Source: Chiloscyllium plagiosum (lineage: Eukaryota). From it: a stretch of 64,000 nucleotides of DNA. The notes beneath the pieces are model-generated. The model did not search any database. It was given only the letters and a program-made list of their open reading frames with translations, and was not told the DNA's origin. The stretch lies in the NCBI RefSeq assembly GCF_004010195.1, contig NC_057728.1:45840229-45904228 (forward strand), in the 5' to 3' direction. The first letter of the stretch is position 1. Every line of letters starts with the position of its first letter. A program made the translations under genes and the position numbers. Below, one piece after another: positions 1-12,919 of this stretch.

Positions 1-247
1 TTTATACAATACAGAGAGTTCAGAAGCTTCTGGAAATATAATCATGGGATCAATCAGGGCCTACTTATGAGCCAGGCAAGATTGTTAAATTTTAAACAAA
101 CAGAATTCAAAGACAAAATGTATAGGAGGCAATACATTTTTTTAAAAAAGGTTTCTCCATGCCCTATGGTCATTACACTATTTACTTTTCTCTTTCCCCA
201 TATCCATCTGGTTAATTTGTTATTGGCACTCACAACAAATCTGTAGC

Positions 248-372
248 CGTGATGTGGAGGTGCTGGTGTCGGTCTGGGGTGGACAAAATTAAAGATCATA
301 CAACACCAGGTTATAGTCCAACAGGTTTATTTGGAAGTACAAGCTTTCAGAGTGCTCCTCCTTCGTCACATA
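248..372 (-). mobile_element. Penelope-like element terminal (pLTR) fragment, family B
   Basis: Closely matches the left arm of the 3629-3836 element (caacaccaggttatagtccaacaggttta...gctttcagag); degenerate hammerhead on the minus strand. Confidence 0.7.
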
Positions 373-808
373 GCTAGTGCTGGAAACAAATCTGTAATCA
401 ATGTGTTTCAACTGTTCCATCTCTCACCCAGTGCACTGCATCTGTCAGATAAATACCCGATCTTCACTTGTTCCAAAGTTTATTTTTCCACCTCTTAGAG
501 GGGAGGCTAAACATGACAAAAGGAAGGGACAAGAAATAATTCACCCAACAGATACAATGGATGAAGCACTTGAAGTAGATGGCACTGACTTAGAGGGACA
601 TCCGGTGACAGAATGATGAATATTTCTGGCACATTTATGATGAATTTATTACATCAAAGATTGAAATCTGTATGGACAAAATATAGCAATTGTGAAGATT
701 ACAACTTCACCATGACTAAATCACTACAATAAAGACATTTGGTTTCAACTTATTGGCTTCCTTAAATAGGAGGAACATAGCTTTACAATGCAGAATTGTC
801 TTTTCTGC

Positions 809-1038
809 AACAAAAACAGAAATTGCTGGAGAAACTCAGCAGGTCTGGCAGCATCTGTGGAGAGAAGGTGGAGTCAACATTTCAAGCCCAGACAATCTTC
901 ATCAACTGCTGCTGCTAACAGTTCTGATGAAGTGTGTCCAGACTCAAAACATTAACTCTGTTTTCTTCCCATACATGCTGCCAGACCTGCTGAGTTTCTC
1001 CAACAATTTATATTTCTGTTGCAGATTTCCAGCACTCT
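809..1038 (+). mobile_element. Old palindromic Penelope-derived mini-insertion, family C, with decayed hammerhead
   Basis: Left arm ...gctggagaaactcagcaggtctggcagcatctgt...cttcatcaact is the reverse complement of the right arm agttCTGATGAag...aaaacattaact...atgctgccagacctgctgagtttctccaaca. Confidence 0.7.
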
Positions 1039-1282
1039 CAGTTGTTTATTTTGTTTCACTGACCTTGGCCAAGTGGTCAAATAAAGGTGAGGTTGGCATG
1101 GTATGGGAATGGTGGAGAACATGGCCATGGAAGTGTGTCCTCCCACAAAATCTCTTAACCATTACTCTCTCTAAAATTTGTCCTTCCAGTGCATTAATAT
1201 TAATTCAGATAATAGTTTTAATAAACTTGGAAAAGCTTCTATTTTACTTTGTAAGTGTCACAATTAGTGACCATGATTTTTG

Positions 1283-1605
1283 TTAGTGAGTTTTGAGAAG
1301 ATCTGTAGCTTAGGTTGAGGTTCTGGATGTAGGTTTGCTCGCTGAGCTGTGAGGTTCATTTCCAGATGTTTTGTCACCCTACTAGGTAACATCTTCAGTG
1401 GGCCTCAGGCTAAGCAGTGTACATGATTCCTGCTTTCTATTTATTTGTTTGGGTTTCTTTGGGTTGGTGATGTTATTTCCTGTGGTGGTGTCATTTCCTG
1501 TGGTGGTGTCATTTCCTGTTCTTTTTCTCAGGAATTGGTAGATGGGGTCTAACTCGATGTGTTTGTTGATAGAGTTCCGGTTGGAATGCCATTATTCTTG
1601 TGACT
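1283..1605 (-). mobile_element. Penelope-like element 3' fragment (pLTR plus end of endonuclease region), family D
   Basis: Minus strand reads ccaCTGAAGAtgttacctagtagggtgacaaaacatctgg (decayed hammerhead); similar to 60290-60600 and 61570-61830. Confidence 0.65.
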
Positions 1606-1849
1606 GCTGATGGGGCAAAAGTGTCCAATGGTCAGAGCAGCAAGACCTTGAATTTTAAAATTTTGGCAGCGCCTCACTGAGTGATAGATTATGGAGGTAT
1701 CAGAATTATGATTTTTCCTCCCACTAATGGATCAGTCTCCCACTGTGAAGTTACGTGAAGGACAGTGATCGATAGTTCTTCAAGTGTTGGAAAACCTTGA
1801 GGAGAAGGACAAAAAGCATTTCAACAGACAAGACATGAATATGAAACTC

Positions 1850-2640
1850 ACAGAAAATAGAAATTGCTGGAGAAACTCAGCACGTGTGGCAGCATGTATG
1901 GAGAGAAAGCAGAGTTAATGTTTAAGTCCAGTGGCCCTTCTCCAGCACTGATAGCAGCTAGGGGTAAAAATGATATGTACACTGGTTGCAGGGCGGGGGA
2001 AAGGGGGTTGGTGGTGGTGTGGAGTAAGAAGTGGAGAGGGAACTCAGAGAGAGAAAGAAAAATAAATTACTTGAGGATTGTTAATAGTAAGCCAGAGGAC
2101 AAAAAAAAAGCTAGCTTGATAATAATGGGGATTATAAGCAGGTGAAAATGGGTTGGCTATATTGAAAGCAACCCATGTCATGACTGATCCTGGGGTGTGG
2201 TGGCGGTGGGAAATAGATATGGAAGGATGTTTTCTTGGTCTACAATTATTAACTTGTTATTGAGTCCTGAAAGCTGTAATGTCCCCAAGTAGAAAGTGAG
2301 ATGTTGCTCTTCCAGCCTGTATTGAGTCTCATGGGAGCACTGAAGCAGACCCAAGACAGCAATGTTGGCATGGGAGCACAGTGGTGTGTTGAAGTAGCAA
2401 GCAACTAGAAGCTCAGGGTCATTTTTATGAATTGGTGTTCTGCAAAGCTGTTGCCCAGTCTAAGGTTTTGTCTTCCCAGTGTATAGGAGACTGCCCACAT
2501 TGTGAGCAGTGAATACAGATTAAGTGAAGTTCAGGTAACTCACTGCTTCACTTAAAAAGTGTGGATCAAGTCTTGGATAGTGAGGAAGTAAACAGGCATG
2601 TTTTGCATCTTCTGCCAATGCATAGGAAGATGCTGTGGGA
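1850..2640 (-). mobile_element. Degenerate Penelope-like element 3' part (family C terminus plus endonuclease-region remnant)
   Basis: Starts with the family-C terminus (aaattgctggagaaactcagc); internal part resembles 19948-20515. Confidence 0.6.
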
Positions 2641-3628
2641 TGTAAAATCAACAGATTTCCAACATTAATTAACAGGTCAATTGTTCATCAAGCTAGGGAA
2701 AATGATGAGCTTTCTATTAACAAGGCAGTACTACCAGAATATACCGTACGAAACGCTTTCACTTAATACAATTCTTCTAGATAACGTAATATTAAAGGAC
2801 CAATCAGAAAGTATCTCCTGATCCTCCAGTGGAGATTCATCACTTTCTTGACTGTGTCAACAATTCTAGACAGTCTTGACAAACTTGCCACACTGCCTGA
2901 ACTTTCAGCACTCAATTATCATCCGCCAGATGTATCTCAACAAATTCCCCTCTTCCTCATGTGATGAAGGTTGAGGCAACACTGAATTGCAAGGATTCTT
3001 GTATTTGACCACTTTAAATGGCTTAGACAACTCTAGTAAAACTGTTTTACTATTAGAGAGTTTTATTTCTACTTTCCATCATTTTCTATAGAACAGAAAA
3101 GATCTGGTCTTCAGAGTGTTCCAGTTCTCTCTTCCATGGTGACTAGCAGCAGATTATTTCCCTGTTTTGTAAGCTTATGTACCAGGTGTGATTCAATACC
3201 TCATGGATTTCTAATTGAGAATATTCCTCTTCTTAGCTCCCCTCCCTAATACAATCTGATGTCAAGTCAGAGGAGCACTTTTCCAAACTGAGGTGTTAAC
3301 CAGTTCCACCTCTTTCAGAAATATGTGTTTGACAATGAATTAAAGAGATATTTTAAAGTATGAATTTTAAACCAATGTCTTATAATGTTCAGCTTTTGTG
3401 ACAACTTGTTTGCTGCTCAATGCAAACACATGTCGAGACCTATTAGGAAGAATTATAAAGATGCGGTTGAAAGAATATTCAGCACCAAAGGCGAAATGTG
3501 GTTGGTTCTGCTGGTGGGAACAGATTGAAGTATTTCATTTCTTCTGGTTTCCTGTGTGAGTCAACACTGGATGAATTTTTAGATGATTATGACATCCCAG
3601 GCAGAAATGTGTGTCACTGCTCTAGTGA

Positions 3629-3836
3629 TGATTTGGAGATGCCGGTGTTGGACTGGGGTGTACATAGTTAAAAATCACACAACACCAGGTTATAGTCCAA
3701 CAGGTTTAATTGGAAGCACACTAGCTTTCAGAGCGACGCTCCTTCGTCATCACCTGATGAAGGAGCGTCGCTCCGAAAACTAGTGTGCTTCCAATTAAAC
3801 CTGTTGGACTATAACCTGGTGTTGTGTGATTTTTAA
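3629..3836 (-). mobile_element. Palindromic Penelope-derived mini-insertion, family B, hammerhead motif at the axis
   Basis: About 83-bp inverted arms around tcacc (3750-3754); TSD cactg(c/t)tctagtga at 3615-3628 and 3837-3850; cacCTGATGAa-ggagc-gtc-gctcc-GAAAactagtg. Confidence 0.85.
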
Positions 3837-4009
3837 CACTGTTCTAGTGAGAGGTGACTCACTTCCATCCTCCTCAAACTCTTCCCTTTTTTCCCCTCCA
3901 TATTCTTTTCATCTGAGCATGTCTGATGTGTCCATTCTTCCTATTCCACTTGCTATCATCTCTGCAGTGCACCACTGTCATTCTGGATATCTTGTTGAGG
4001 ATTGAAGGG

Positions 4010-4219
4010 CTGAAAATGTGTTGCTGGAAAAGCGCAGTAGGTCAGGCAGCATCCAAGGAGCAGGAGAATCAACGTTTTGGGCATAAGCCCTTCTTCAGGA
4101 GGGCTTATGCCCGAAACATCAATTCTCCTGCTCCTTGGATGCTGCCTGACCTGCTGCGCTTTTCCAGCAACACATTTTCAGCTCTGATCTCCAGCATCTG
4201 CAGTCCTCACTTTCTCCTC
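4010..4219 (+). mobile_element. Palindromic Penelope-derived mini-insertion, family A
   Basis: Inverted arms meet at cttcagga|gggcttatgccc (4100/4101); TSD gaggattgaaggg at 3997-4009 and 4220-4232. Confidence 0.85.
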
Positions 4220-4334
4220 GAGGATTGAAGGGTGCCTATATAGCTATCTAAGCATCTTCAACATCATATAGAGAGTCCTTGAGGTTTTGTTATCCTGTGT
4301 TTGTGCCTTGTTTCTTTACAGATCTCATATTCCA

Positions 4335-4940
4335 TATTTTTGGCTTTCATTAGCAGGGGGATTGAGTTTAAGAGCTGCGAGGTTATGCTACAGCTCTATA
4401 GAGCACTGGTTAGACCACACCTGGAATATTGTGTTCGGGACTGGTCACCTCATTATGGGAAAGATATGGTAGCCTTAGAGAGGGTGCAAAGATTTACCAG
4501 GGCTGCTGCCTGGACTGGAGGGCATGTCATATGAAGAAAGATTGTGGGAGCTAGGGCTTTTGTCATTGAAGTAAAGAAGGATGAGAGATAACTTGGTAGA
4601 GGTGTATGATATGTTGAGAGGCATAGATAGAATGGATATCCAGAGACCTTTTCCCATGGTGGAAATGTATATCACAAGGCAGCATAATTTTAAGGTAATT
4701 GGAGGAAGGTTTTGGGAAGATGTCAGAGGTAAGGTTCTTTACAAAGTGAGTGGTGGGTATGTGGAATGCACTACCAGTGGCGGTAGTAGAGTCAGGTACA
4801 TTAGGGACATTTGAGCAGCTCTAGGATAGGCGCATGGATGACAGTACAATGAAGGGTATGTAGGTTAGTCTGATCTTAGAGTAGGATAAAAGGCTGGCAC
4901 AACATCGAGGACCTGTTCTGTTCTGTTCTGTTCTATGTTC
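4335..4940 (+). mobile_element. CR1 LINE 3' fragment
   Basis: ORF2 C-terminal remnant [14 protein letters not shown]...W.PHY.KD..ALERVQRR; (CTGTT)n-type tail at about 4912-4940. Confidence 0.9.
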
Positions 4941-6044
4941 CACGTTCTATTGAAGGGCGTATTTCATTTGTACGCCCTTGTATTTGCTTCCTTGAACAAA
5001 AAAGCTGAAAATGTTGAACTATTGATGTACAAAGGCAAAGGTGGCTCCCGGAGAGTCTGGCAGATACCTGTACAAACCCCTTCTTGTGGTCATATATGAG
5101 CTGACATTGATAGAAGGACATCTCTTGCAGTTTATATGAACTTCTGCTTGCTGTGCTGGTATTAATATTGCCATGTGTGTGCAATCAATAGCACCACAGG
5201 GTCACATTATTATTTTCCTAGCTCATACACAACAAAGCTCCCTTGTAGAGGGTGATCCACTGAAAGGGACCTTTAAATATCAGAATCTTGCAAAACATTT
5301 CTGGGTAGTTGTTTGGCACAGTGAATGGTGAGCACTGAGCCTTCCCGTTGACTCAAATATCCGAGCAAACACATTTAAATACTGTATAACCTTTGAAACA
5401 CTGCAATCATTGTGATCAGTGAAATTAAATGCTTAAAACTGGTTTGCCAATTTTAATAGTCAAAACTTCAGTTGTCATAAGTTTTTGATATGTGTCAAAC
5501 ATCAATGAATTTATGTATATATTTACATCCAATTCTGAAAATATACACAATCCAAGAACTTCAGTTTAATAATGATAAACATGTTGCCCATTTGCTAGTA
5601 AACTCTCACTATTGTTAGTAAATATGGACTAAATGTCCAACACAAGGTTGGATACTTTGAATGTACATAATATATGATGAGGATCATTTAAGTCAATAAC
5701 TTCTGGTGTACTGGCAGGTGCAAATGCGATTGCACAGTCAAAAGTCAGAATCTAAAAATAATTACATCGAATTTAAAATACCTGAATTTTCCTGAGAATA
5801 TTTCAAACTGGCCATTTTAAAATTGTGTTTGTAGATTTTCATTAAAATTAATGTACTTTTAAAAAAAATTCATTTCTTGTGTTTTGTTCTAGTTTTCTGT
5901 CATAAGTCTTCCCGTAAAATGCATAATTTCCAAATGGAGACACCAGTTTAGTACTAAGATGTGATCACATGATCAAAACTGACTTAAGATAACAAATCTT
6001 AATACTCCATGGAACCAGTCAGAGAGAAGTGAGTCTGAAAATCA

Positions 6045-6345
6045 ACAGTGGTTAACACTGTTGCCTCACAGCGCCAGAGACCTAGGTTCAATTCCCGTCT
6101 CAGGCGATTGACTGTGTGGAGTTTGCACATTCTGCCCGTGTCTGCGTGGGTTTCCTCCGGGTGCTCTGGTTTCCTCCCACAATCCAAAAAATGTGCAGGT
6201 TAGGCGAATTGGCCGTGCTAAATTGCCTGTAGTGTTAGGTGAAGGGGTAAATGTAGGGGAATGGGTATGGGTGGGTTACACTTCGGCGGGTTGGTGTGGA
6301 CTTGTTGGGCAGAAGGGCCTGTTTCCACACTGTAAGTAATCTAAT
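6045..6345 (+). mobile_element. HE1-type tRNA-derived SINE
   Basis: cagtggttaacactgttgcctcacagcgcc...ggttcaattccc (B box), central gactgtgtggagtttgcacattct, tail gggcctgtttccacactgtaagtaatctaa. Confidence 0.9.
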
Positions 6346-7020
6346 GGGAGGGACTATCCTCCAACATAAAGAATGTAAACCTTTCTAATGTAAGTAGGCA
6401 ACTCAGGCAATGAGAGATGTACAAATTTATCCTTCATCTGCAAGGATTCCTCTCTATAGAAACTCAGCCATAACTTCATCTGGAAATCTAATGGTGTCCA
6501 TAGTCCAAATCAGCAAAGCATAGTCCAAATCATGAAAGCAAAGAATTGAGTTAAATAAATGATCTCTTTCTTGATGTAATTCCTTTAATTCATCTCGAGA
6601 ATTCATCCTTCCCTGTGTGTATGTGTGTTTGAGTGAGTGCTTTTGTTTTGCACTTACACTATGAGGTGGTGCATGAACAAACATTTAGAATTTTCTAAAC
6701 TCACTAGAAAGCTTTTCTTATGTCTTTTAGTAAAGCTGTGATGCCAAAAGTGTTTCAAACCATTCTTACTGAAATATGTATCTTGTATCAGGGATATTAA
6801 AGTTGAAGAACAAAGGGACAAAGTTATTCAAACATGTCTCTCCCATCTGCTACATTTGCAAGGAACTTTTTAAAAACATAATTCCTTCACATTTCTAATG
6901 AAAGCAATATTTGAAGATGGTACTTACCTCTCTTCCAGGAAGAAGCATTGAACCAATTGGTTTCATTTACCCACAAATTAGCATGAACTTTAGATAAAGG
7001 ATGATCATTCCATGGAAATA

Positions 7021-7237
7021 TAATTCAGTGCCATTGTGGTGGATGAGGAGTTGCAGTAGCTGCATATCCAGGCCAGGAGAATGAGGCAAAAAAAAAAACT
7101 GCAGATGCTGGAATCCAAAGTAGACAGGCTAATTCAGTGCCATTGTGGTGGATGAGGAGTTGCAGTAGCTGCATATCCAGGCCAGGAGAATGAGGCAAAA
7201 AAAAAACTGCAGATGCTGGAATCCAAAGTAGACAGGC
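7021..7237. repeat. Tandem duplication, 109 + 108 bp
   Basis: 7021-7129 and 7130-7237 are identical except for one A in an A-run. Confidence 0.95.
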
Positions 7238-7461
7238 AGGAAGCTGGAAAAACACAGCAAGCCAGGCAGCATCAGAAGGTGGAGAATATCTTCCCACTAC
7301 ATAGAATTACTAACACATACAGCACAGAAACAAGCCATTCAGCCAACTGGTCCATTCTTGGTTAGAAGTCCTGAGAAAGGGTTACACCCAAAACGTTGAC
7401 TTCTCCATCTCCTGTTGTTGCCTGGCTTACTGTGTTTTTCTAGCCTCCTGCCTGTCTACTG
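7198..7461 (-). mobile_element. Penelope-derived inverted mini-insertion (family A-related) with foreign spacer
   Basis: Inverted arms at about 7198-7289 and 7367-7460; TSD aggagaatgaggca at 7184-7197 and 7462-7475; decayed hammerhead agtcctgagaaagggttacacccaaaacgttgact. Confidence 0.8.
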
Positions 7462-7885
7462 AGGAGAATGAGGCAGCATGGCTCAGGTCAGTAGCTCTCA
7501 AAGTTTAGCAAGTCCTTGCATAATAACAGGTTACATCAAATCCATAAGGCTTCCCTGAGAATGTGTTTCTCCAAAGGCTATGACTTTTCAAGATTGTCAT
7601 TAGGTTTATACCAATAATTAATAATTTTGGACCAAACCTCCAATCCAAATACAAATTATGGTGCTGAGCTGGAAGGTTTGAACTGGGGTGAGGAGACTGG
7701 TGAAGGTCACATTGATGTATTTCCTCTCCACCCCCCAGCTCAGCGCCATCTTCATAACCTGTCCTACCTGCCAATCTCCCTTCCCACCTAACCACTCCTT
7801 AACCCCAGCTCCAACCTTCTAGCTCAGCACCGTCCCCATGACCTGTCCTACCTGCCAATCTCCCTTCCCACCTAACCACTCCACC

Positions 7886-8300
7886 TGGAGGGTTGTTTTT
7901 CAGACTGGAGGCCTGTGACCAGTGGAGTGTCACAAGGATCAGTGCTGGGCCTTCTACGTTTTGTCATTTATATAAATGATTTGGATGTAAACATAGGAGG
8001 TATTGTTCGTAAGTTTGCAGAGGACACCAAAATTGGAGGTGTAGTGGACAGCGAAGAGGGTTACCTCAGATTACAACAGGATCTGGACCAGATGGGCCAA
8101 TGGGCTGAGAAGTGGCAGATGGAGTTTAATTCAGATAAATGCGAGGTGCTGCAAATTTGGGAAAGTCCTGCTAAGATTTGCTTTCCCAAATCTTAGCAGG
8201 ACTTTCCCAAATTTGCAGCACCTTACACACTTAATGGTAAGGTCTTAGAGAGTGTTGCTGAACAAAGAGACCTTGGAGTGCAAGTTCATAGCTCCTTGAA
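7886..8300 (+). mobile_element. CR1 RT fragment embedded in a Penelope 3' fragment (about 7665-7885 and 8300-8445)
   Basis: Translates VTSGVSQGSVLGLLRFVIYINDL...KFAEDTKIGG; flanks are C-rich Penelope 3' sequence ending ...ccagcatctgcagtcctcacttt. Confidence 0.85.
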
Positions 8301-9042
8301 CTCCCATTTATCTCTCCACCCCGAGGGCTTTTGCCTGAGACATCTATTTTCCTGTTCGTCGGATGCTGCCTAACCTGCTGTGCTTTTCCAGCACCACTCT
8401 AATCCAGACTCTGACTTCCAGCATCTGCAGTCCTCACTTTTGCCACAAACGATACCAGTCAATCAGTCTTGCACATATGCAAATATTGAAGGGCTCTATT
8501 CTTAGGACATTCAGCTCAATCTGTATTATACTGAAGAAGACTGATGTCACCTCATAGTGATGCTGACATCTACATTTCATCAAGTTGCTCCCAACATCAA
8601 AGTGGCCCTCACTGGACTTCTCATTTGATTTTGCCATGAATCTCACAGTGCCCATGTCACTCTGATTCCCATAACATTCTCCTCCATAATGTTTGTTCTA
8701 TGTATTGTACTATTATGTAAATAAATTACAGATCATGAGATAAGAGGCAATTGTATTTCAAAGCACTCATTATTCTTGTAAAGCAATGAAATGGAAGGCT
8801 GTATTATTTGTAAAGAGAAGGCTGTCAGAAAATGAGCAACAACTGGGATAAGGAAAGTGACAGATGTGGGATGTGAGGATGATATTAATAATAGCATAAT
8901 GACATACTACCCTTGCCTGACTTCATATTTGTTGCTGATCAGTTCTGCTTATGGGTAAAGGAGTCAGTATCAGTGTGAGCTCTCATGCTTTCATGTGTGA
9001 TCACAGTTTGATAGGGAAGACTCAGAGATTTGTGTTTATATC

Positions 9043-9345
9043 AGCACAGTGGCTCAGTGGTTAACACTGCTGCCTCACAGTGCCAGGGATTGGGTTTGAT
9101 TCCACCTTCAGGTGACTGTTTCTGTCTGCTTGGGTTTCCTCCATGTTCTCTGGTTTCCTCCTGCAAAGATGAGCAGGTGGATTAGCCATGGTAAATTGCC
9201 CATTATGTCTAGGGATGGACTGGTTAGGTGGGTTAGCCATGGTAAATGTCAGGCTATAGTGTAAGGAGATGGGTATGGGTGAGAGCTCTTCAGCGAGTCA
9301 GTGTGGACTCAAATGGTCTGTTTCCACACTGTAGGAAATCGATGA
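9043..9345 (+). mobile_element. HE1-type SINE (diverged)
   Basis: gcacagtggctcagtggttaacactgctgcctcacag head; ctgtttccacactgtagg tail. Confidence 0.85.
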
Positions 9346-9875
9346 TACCTGCTCTTTATGATCTTGTACCTCTTGCAGGTGGACTTGGAAATATTCATCA
9401 CAGAGGCTGGTTGCAAATTCACTTCCTGATGACCTAGCATCGTGTCCAATGAAAACAAAATTGGCATTCCAAGTGGACGTAATTCTGTAAGTATAATCTG
9501 CAGCTGTGAGTGAGAGATATCATTAAATGAGTTGTTGAAAATGGACTTTAGATCATTTATCACCTGCTGATTGTGCCATGAGTTTGCAGAGCACTTTTAA
9601 AGACATTTTGTGTAGGGAACTATGATGTCCAACAACTTAGGAATTTAAACATACACGTTGCAATAAAACCAGATCAAAAAGATTTATCATTGGAAAAATT
9701 GTGTTCAACACCCTTTGGTTGTCAATGGCACATTTCTGGGACATAGAAACTAGGAACCGGAGTAGGCCTTCCAGCCATCAAGCCTGCTCCACCTTTCCAT
9801 ATGATCATGGCTAATCCTTAACCTCTATTTCGTGCTTGGGAACTTTCTCGAAGTAGAAGCGAATGGAATTTTGCA

Positions 9876-10347
<472 letters not shown>

Positions 10348-10549
10348 TTAAATAGTGTTAAAATCATTTGGTTGCTCCAGAAGACTGTTTGTTTCTTTGC
10401 AATCATTTTTTGTGTGCAGGACGTGGTTCATCATATTCATGAATATTTGTTTGAGTCAGAGAAAACAGAATATTTAACCATTATGAACAATGTGCGTATT
10501 AAAACATTGACATTTTTGTTGAAAGTGTGTTTGTTCCATAGGTGATATT

Positions 10550-10857
10550 ACACATGGTGGCTCAGTGGTTAGCACTGCTGCCTCACAGTACCAGGGACTT
10601 GGGTTCAATTCCTGCCTTGGGTGACTGTCTGTGTGGAGTTTGCACATTCTCCCCATGTCTGTGTGGGTTTCCTCCCGCAGTCCAAAAATGTGCAGGTCAG
10701 GCGAATTGGCCATGCTAAATTGCCCATGGTGTTAGATGCATTAGTCAGGGTTAAATGTAGAGTAGGGGACTTGGACTGGGTGTGTTACTCTTTGGAGGGT
10801 TGGTGTGGACTTGTTTGGCCGAATGGCCTGTTTACATGTTGTAGGGAATCTATTCTA
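10550..10857 (+). mobile_element. HE1-type SINE
   Basis: ggtggctcagtggttagcactgctgcctcacag head, ggttcaattcc B box, typical body and tail. Confidence 0.9.
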
Positions 10858-11149
10858 GTCAATGTTTTATACTCTCTTTCTCCCATATCCTTTGATGCCC
10901 TAAATATCTAGAACAATCTATCTCTTTCAATGCATTCCTGACAAGATGGAAATTATAAGCCAGTTTGTCCGAAATGTTGTTTTATAGATTTAAAACAAAA
11001 ACTCCCATTTTCTGATGGTGTCTCTTTTATTTTCATCCTTGCGCCATCATTTGTTGCTCACCCCTAATTGCCCTTGGGATGGCGCTGATGAGCCACATAT
11101 TTGAACAACGACTGTCAACTATGGGGAAGATAAATCCAAATGGCTGTTT

Positions 11150-11465
11150 TGATTAGATTAGATTACCTACAGTGTGGAAACAGGCCTTCGGCCCAACCAG
11201 TCCACACTAACCCTCCGCAGAGTAACCCAACCAGACTGACTTCCCTTTGACTAATGCACCTAACACTATGGACAATTTAGCATGGCCAACTCACCTGGCC
11301 TGCACATCTTTGGAATGTGGGAGGAAACCAAAGCACCCAGAGGGGACTCTCACAGACATGGGGAGAATACGCAAACTCCACACAGATAGTTGCTCAAGGC
11401 TGGAGTAGAACCTGGGACCCTGGTGCTGTGAGGCAGCAGTGCTAACCACTGAGCCACTGTGCTGT
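11150..11465 (-). mobile_element. HE1-type SINE
   Basis: Reverse complement of the SINE with (GATTA)n tail at 11150-11165 and head ...gctaaccactgagccactgtgc. Confidence 0.9.
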
Positions 11466-12684
11466 TGCTATAATTCAATAAGGGAATTTCAAATTTTGAC
11501 CCAGTGACAGTGAGTGAATGACAATATAGTCCCAAGTCAGAATGGTGTGAGATTTGGAGGAAAAGTTGCAGATGTTTGTATTCCCACTTGTATCCTACCT
11601 TTGTTGGTGGTCAAGATTGGAAGGTGCAACTTCAGGAGGTATGGTGAGGTACATTATGTAGTTGATACACACAGCTATCTCTGTGCACCACAGGTGGAGG
11701 AAGTGAGGGGGTGCCAATCAACCAGGCTGCTTTATTTTGGATGATTTTGAAGATTTTTTTAGTGTTGTTGAATTTGCACTCATCAGAAAAAAATGGAAGT
11801 TTTTTTAAAAAAGCTCTACAAAACAACATTTAGAACAAACTGACTCTTAATTTCCATCTTGTCAGGAATGCTTTGAAAGAGATAGATTGTTCTAGATATT
11901 CAGGGCATCAATGGGTATGGGAGAAAGAGGGTATAAAGCATTGAGATAAAGGATAAGCGATAATCATATGGAAAGGTACAGCAGGCTTAATGGGCTGAAG
12001 GGCCTACTCCTGCTCCTAGTAGAAGTATTTCCTATGAATGCTGTGATGCTTTTTACTCAGGTTTAACAGGATGAAAAATTCTGAAGTGGTGCGGGTGGGC
12101 GAGGAGAGTGTGTTCAGATCTCTACTAGCAACTGCACTGTAAAAACATAGCAAACGTAAAATATAAGTTAAAACTGAAATTAATTAGTTCCATCCCTTCA
12201 GAAAACTGAGAATAGGCAGCATATTTCTTTTCAGATTGGGGAAAGGGAGACTCAAAGCGACAGCCACAACGTTTTGAGTTTCTCACATGTAAACTCCAAT
12301 ACATCTCTTGGGAATGGCAAAGTTGTAACAGGAAACTTCACAAGGGAAATGGAGAGATGTATAGACTATGAAGCTCCCCAAGTGCTTTTGGAGATACATT
12401 CATTAGACACTTGATCGAAATAATATAAATAATGCATCAATGGTCTTCACAACGCAGGAAGAGAGCCGAGGAGAGTGACACAAACTGCATAACATTGTTG
12501 AAGAAACCAGGAAAATTATTGGCACAGAGTGTGGAATTCAATTCATGTGCTCCAATCGCCGCATTGTTTCCGAAATGATGTACATTTAAGAGTTGCCCTG
12601 GTTCCAAGGGAACGTGAACATCACTGGGAATAATCGTGCTGTAATTTCCACACCTTGGAATGAAGTCAGGAGGACAGCGTTTCT

Positions 12685-12715
12685 CTTGACGTCAAGGCAG
12701 CCTGGGGGTATTAAA
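12685..12715 (+). promoter_or_regulatory. Candidate NTS core promoter: consensus CRE plus TATA-like box
   Basis: TGACGTCA at 12687-12694 (12-bp palindrome cttgacgtcaag) and TATTAAA at 12709-12715, about 150 bp upstream of the ATG in repeat-free sequence. Confidence 0.65.
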
Positions 12716-12861
12716 GAAGTCAGCTCCTGCCTCCTTATGTGCACTGAGCGAGCAGTAACCCCACGGAGAAGGACCACAATCGACTCCCAGCTCCCCAACT
12801 CCTCTCCCTAACTTTCATAGACTCTGGGCTGTAGCAAAGTGAAGACTCAACTGCTGCTACA

Positions 12862-12919
12862 ATGAGGATTGAAATGATGTGGCTGTTGCTCTTCCTCGGT
12901 TTTTACGCCATGTGTTCAG
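12862..12919 (+). CDS. NTS: Neurotensin/neuromedin N precursor, coding exon 1 (signal peptide)
   Basis: acaATG context; MRIEMMWLLLFLGFYAMCS hydrophobic signal peptide ending -CS as in mammalian NTS; strong phase-1 donor CAG|gtgagt. Confidence 0.85.

Noticed and set aside
753..1286. 177-aa ORF and recurrent short ORFs beginning MLPDLL or CCWKSA
   Set aside because: Chance translations of the repeated Penelope terminal sequence.
3629..4219. Palindromic inserts as DNA-transposon MITEs or CRISPR-like repeats
   Set aside because: Arms are asymmetric with variable starts, TSDs are 13-19 bp and variable, and the sequence matches Penelope termini; there is no repeat-spacer periodicity or cas gene.
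6045..6110. tRNA genes at SINE heads
   Set aside because: A/B boxes are present but continue into SINE bodies; no complete cloverleaf.
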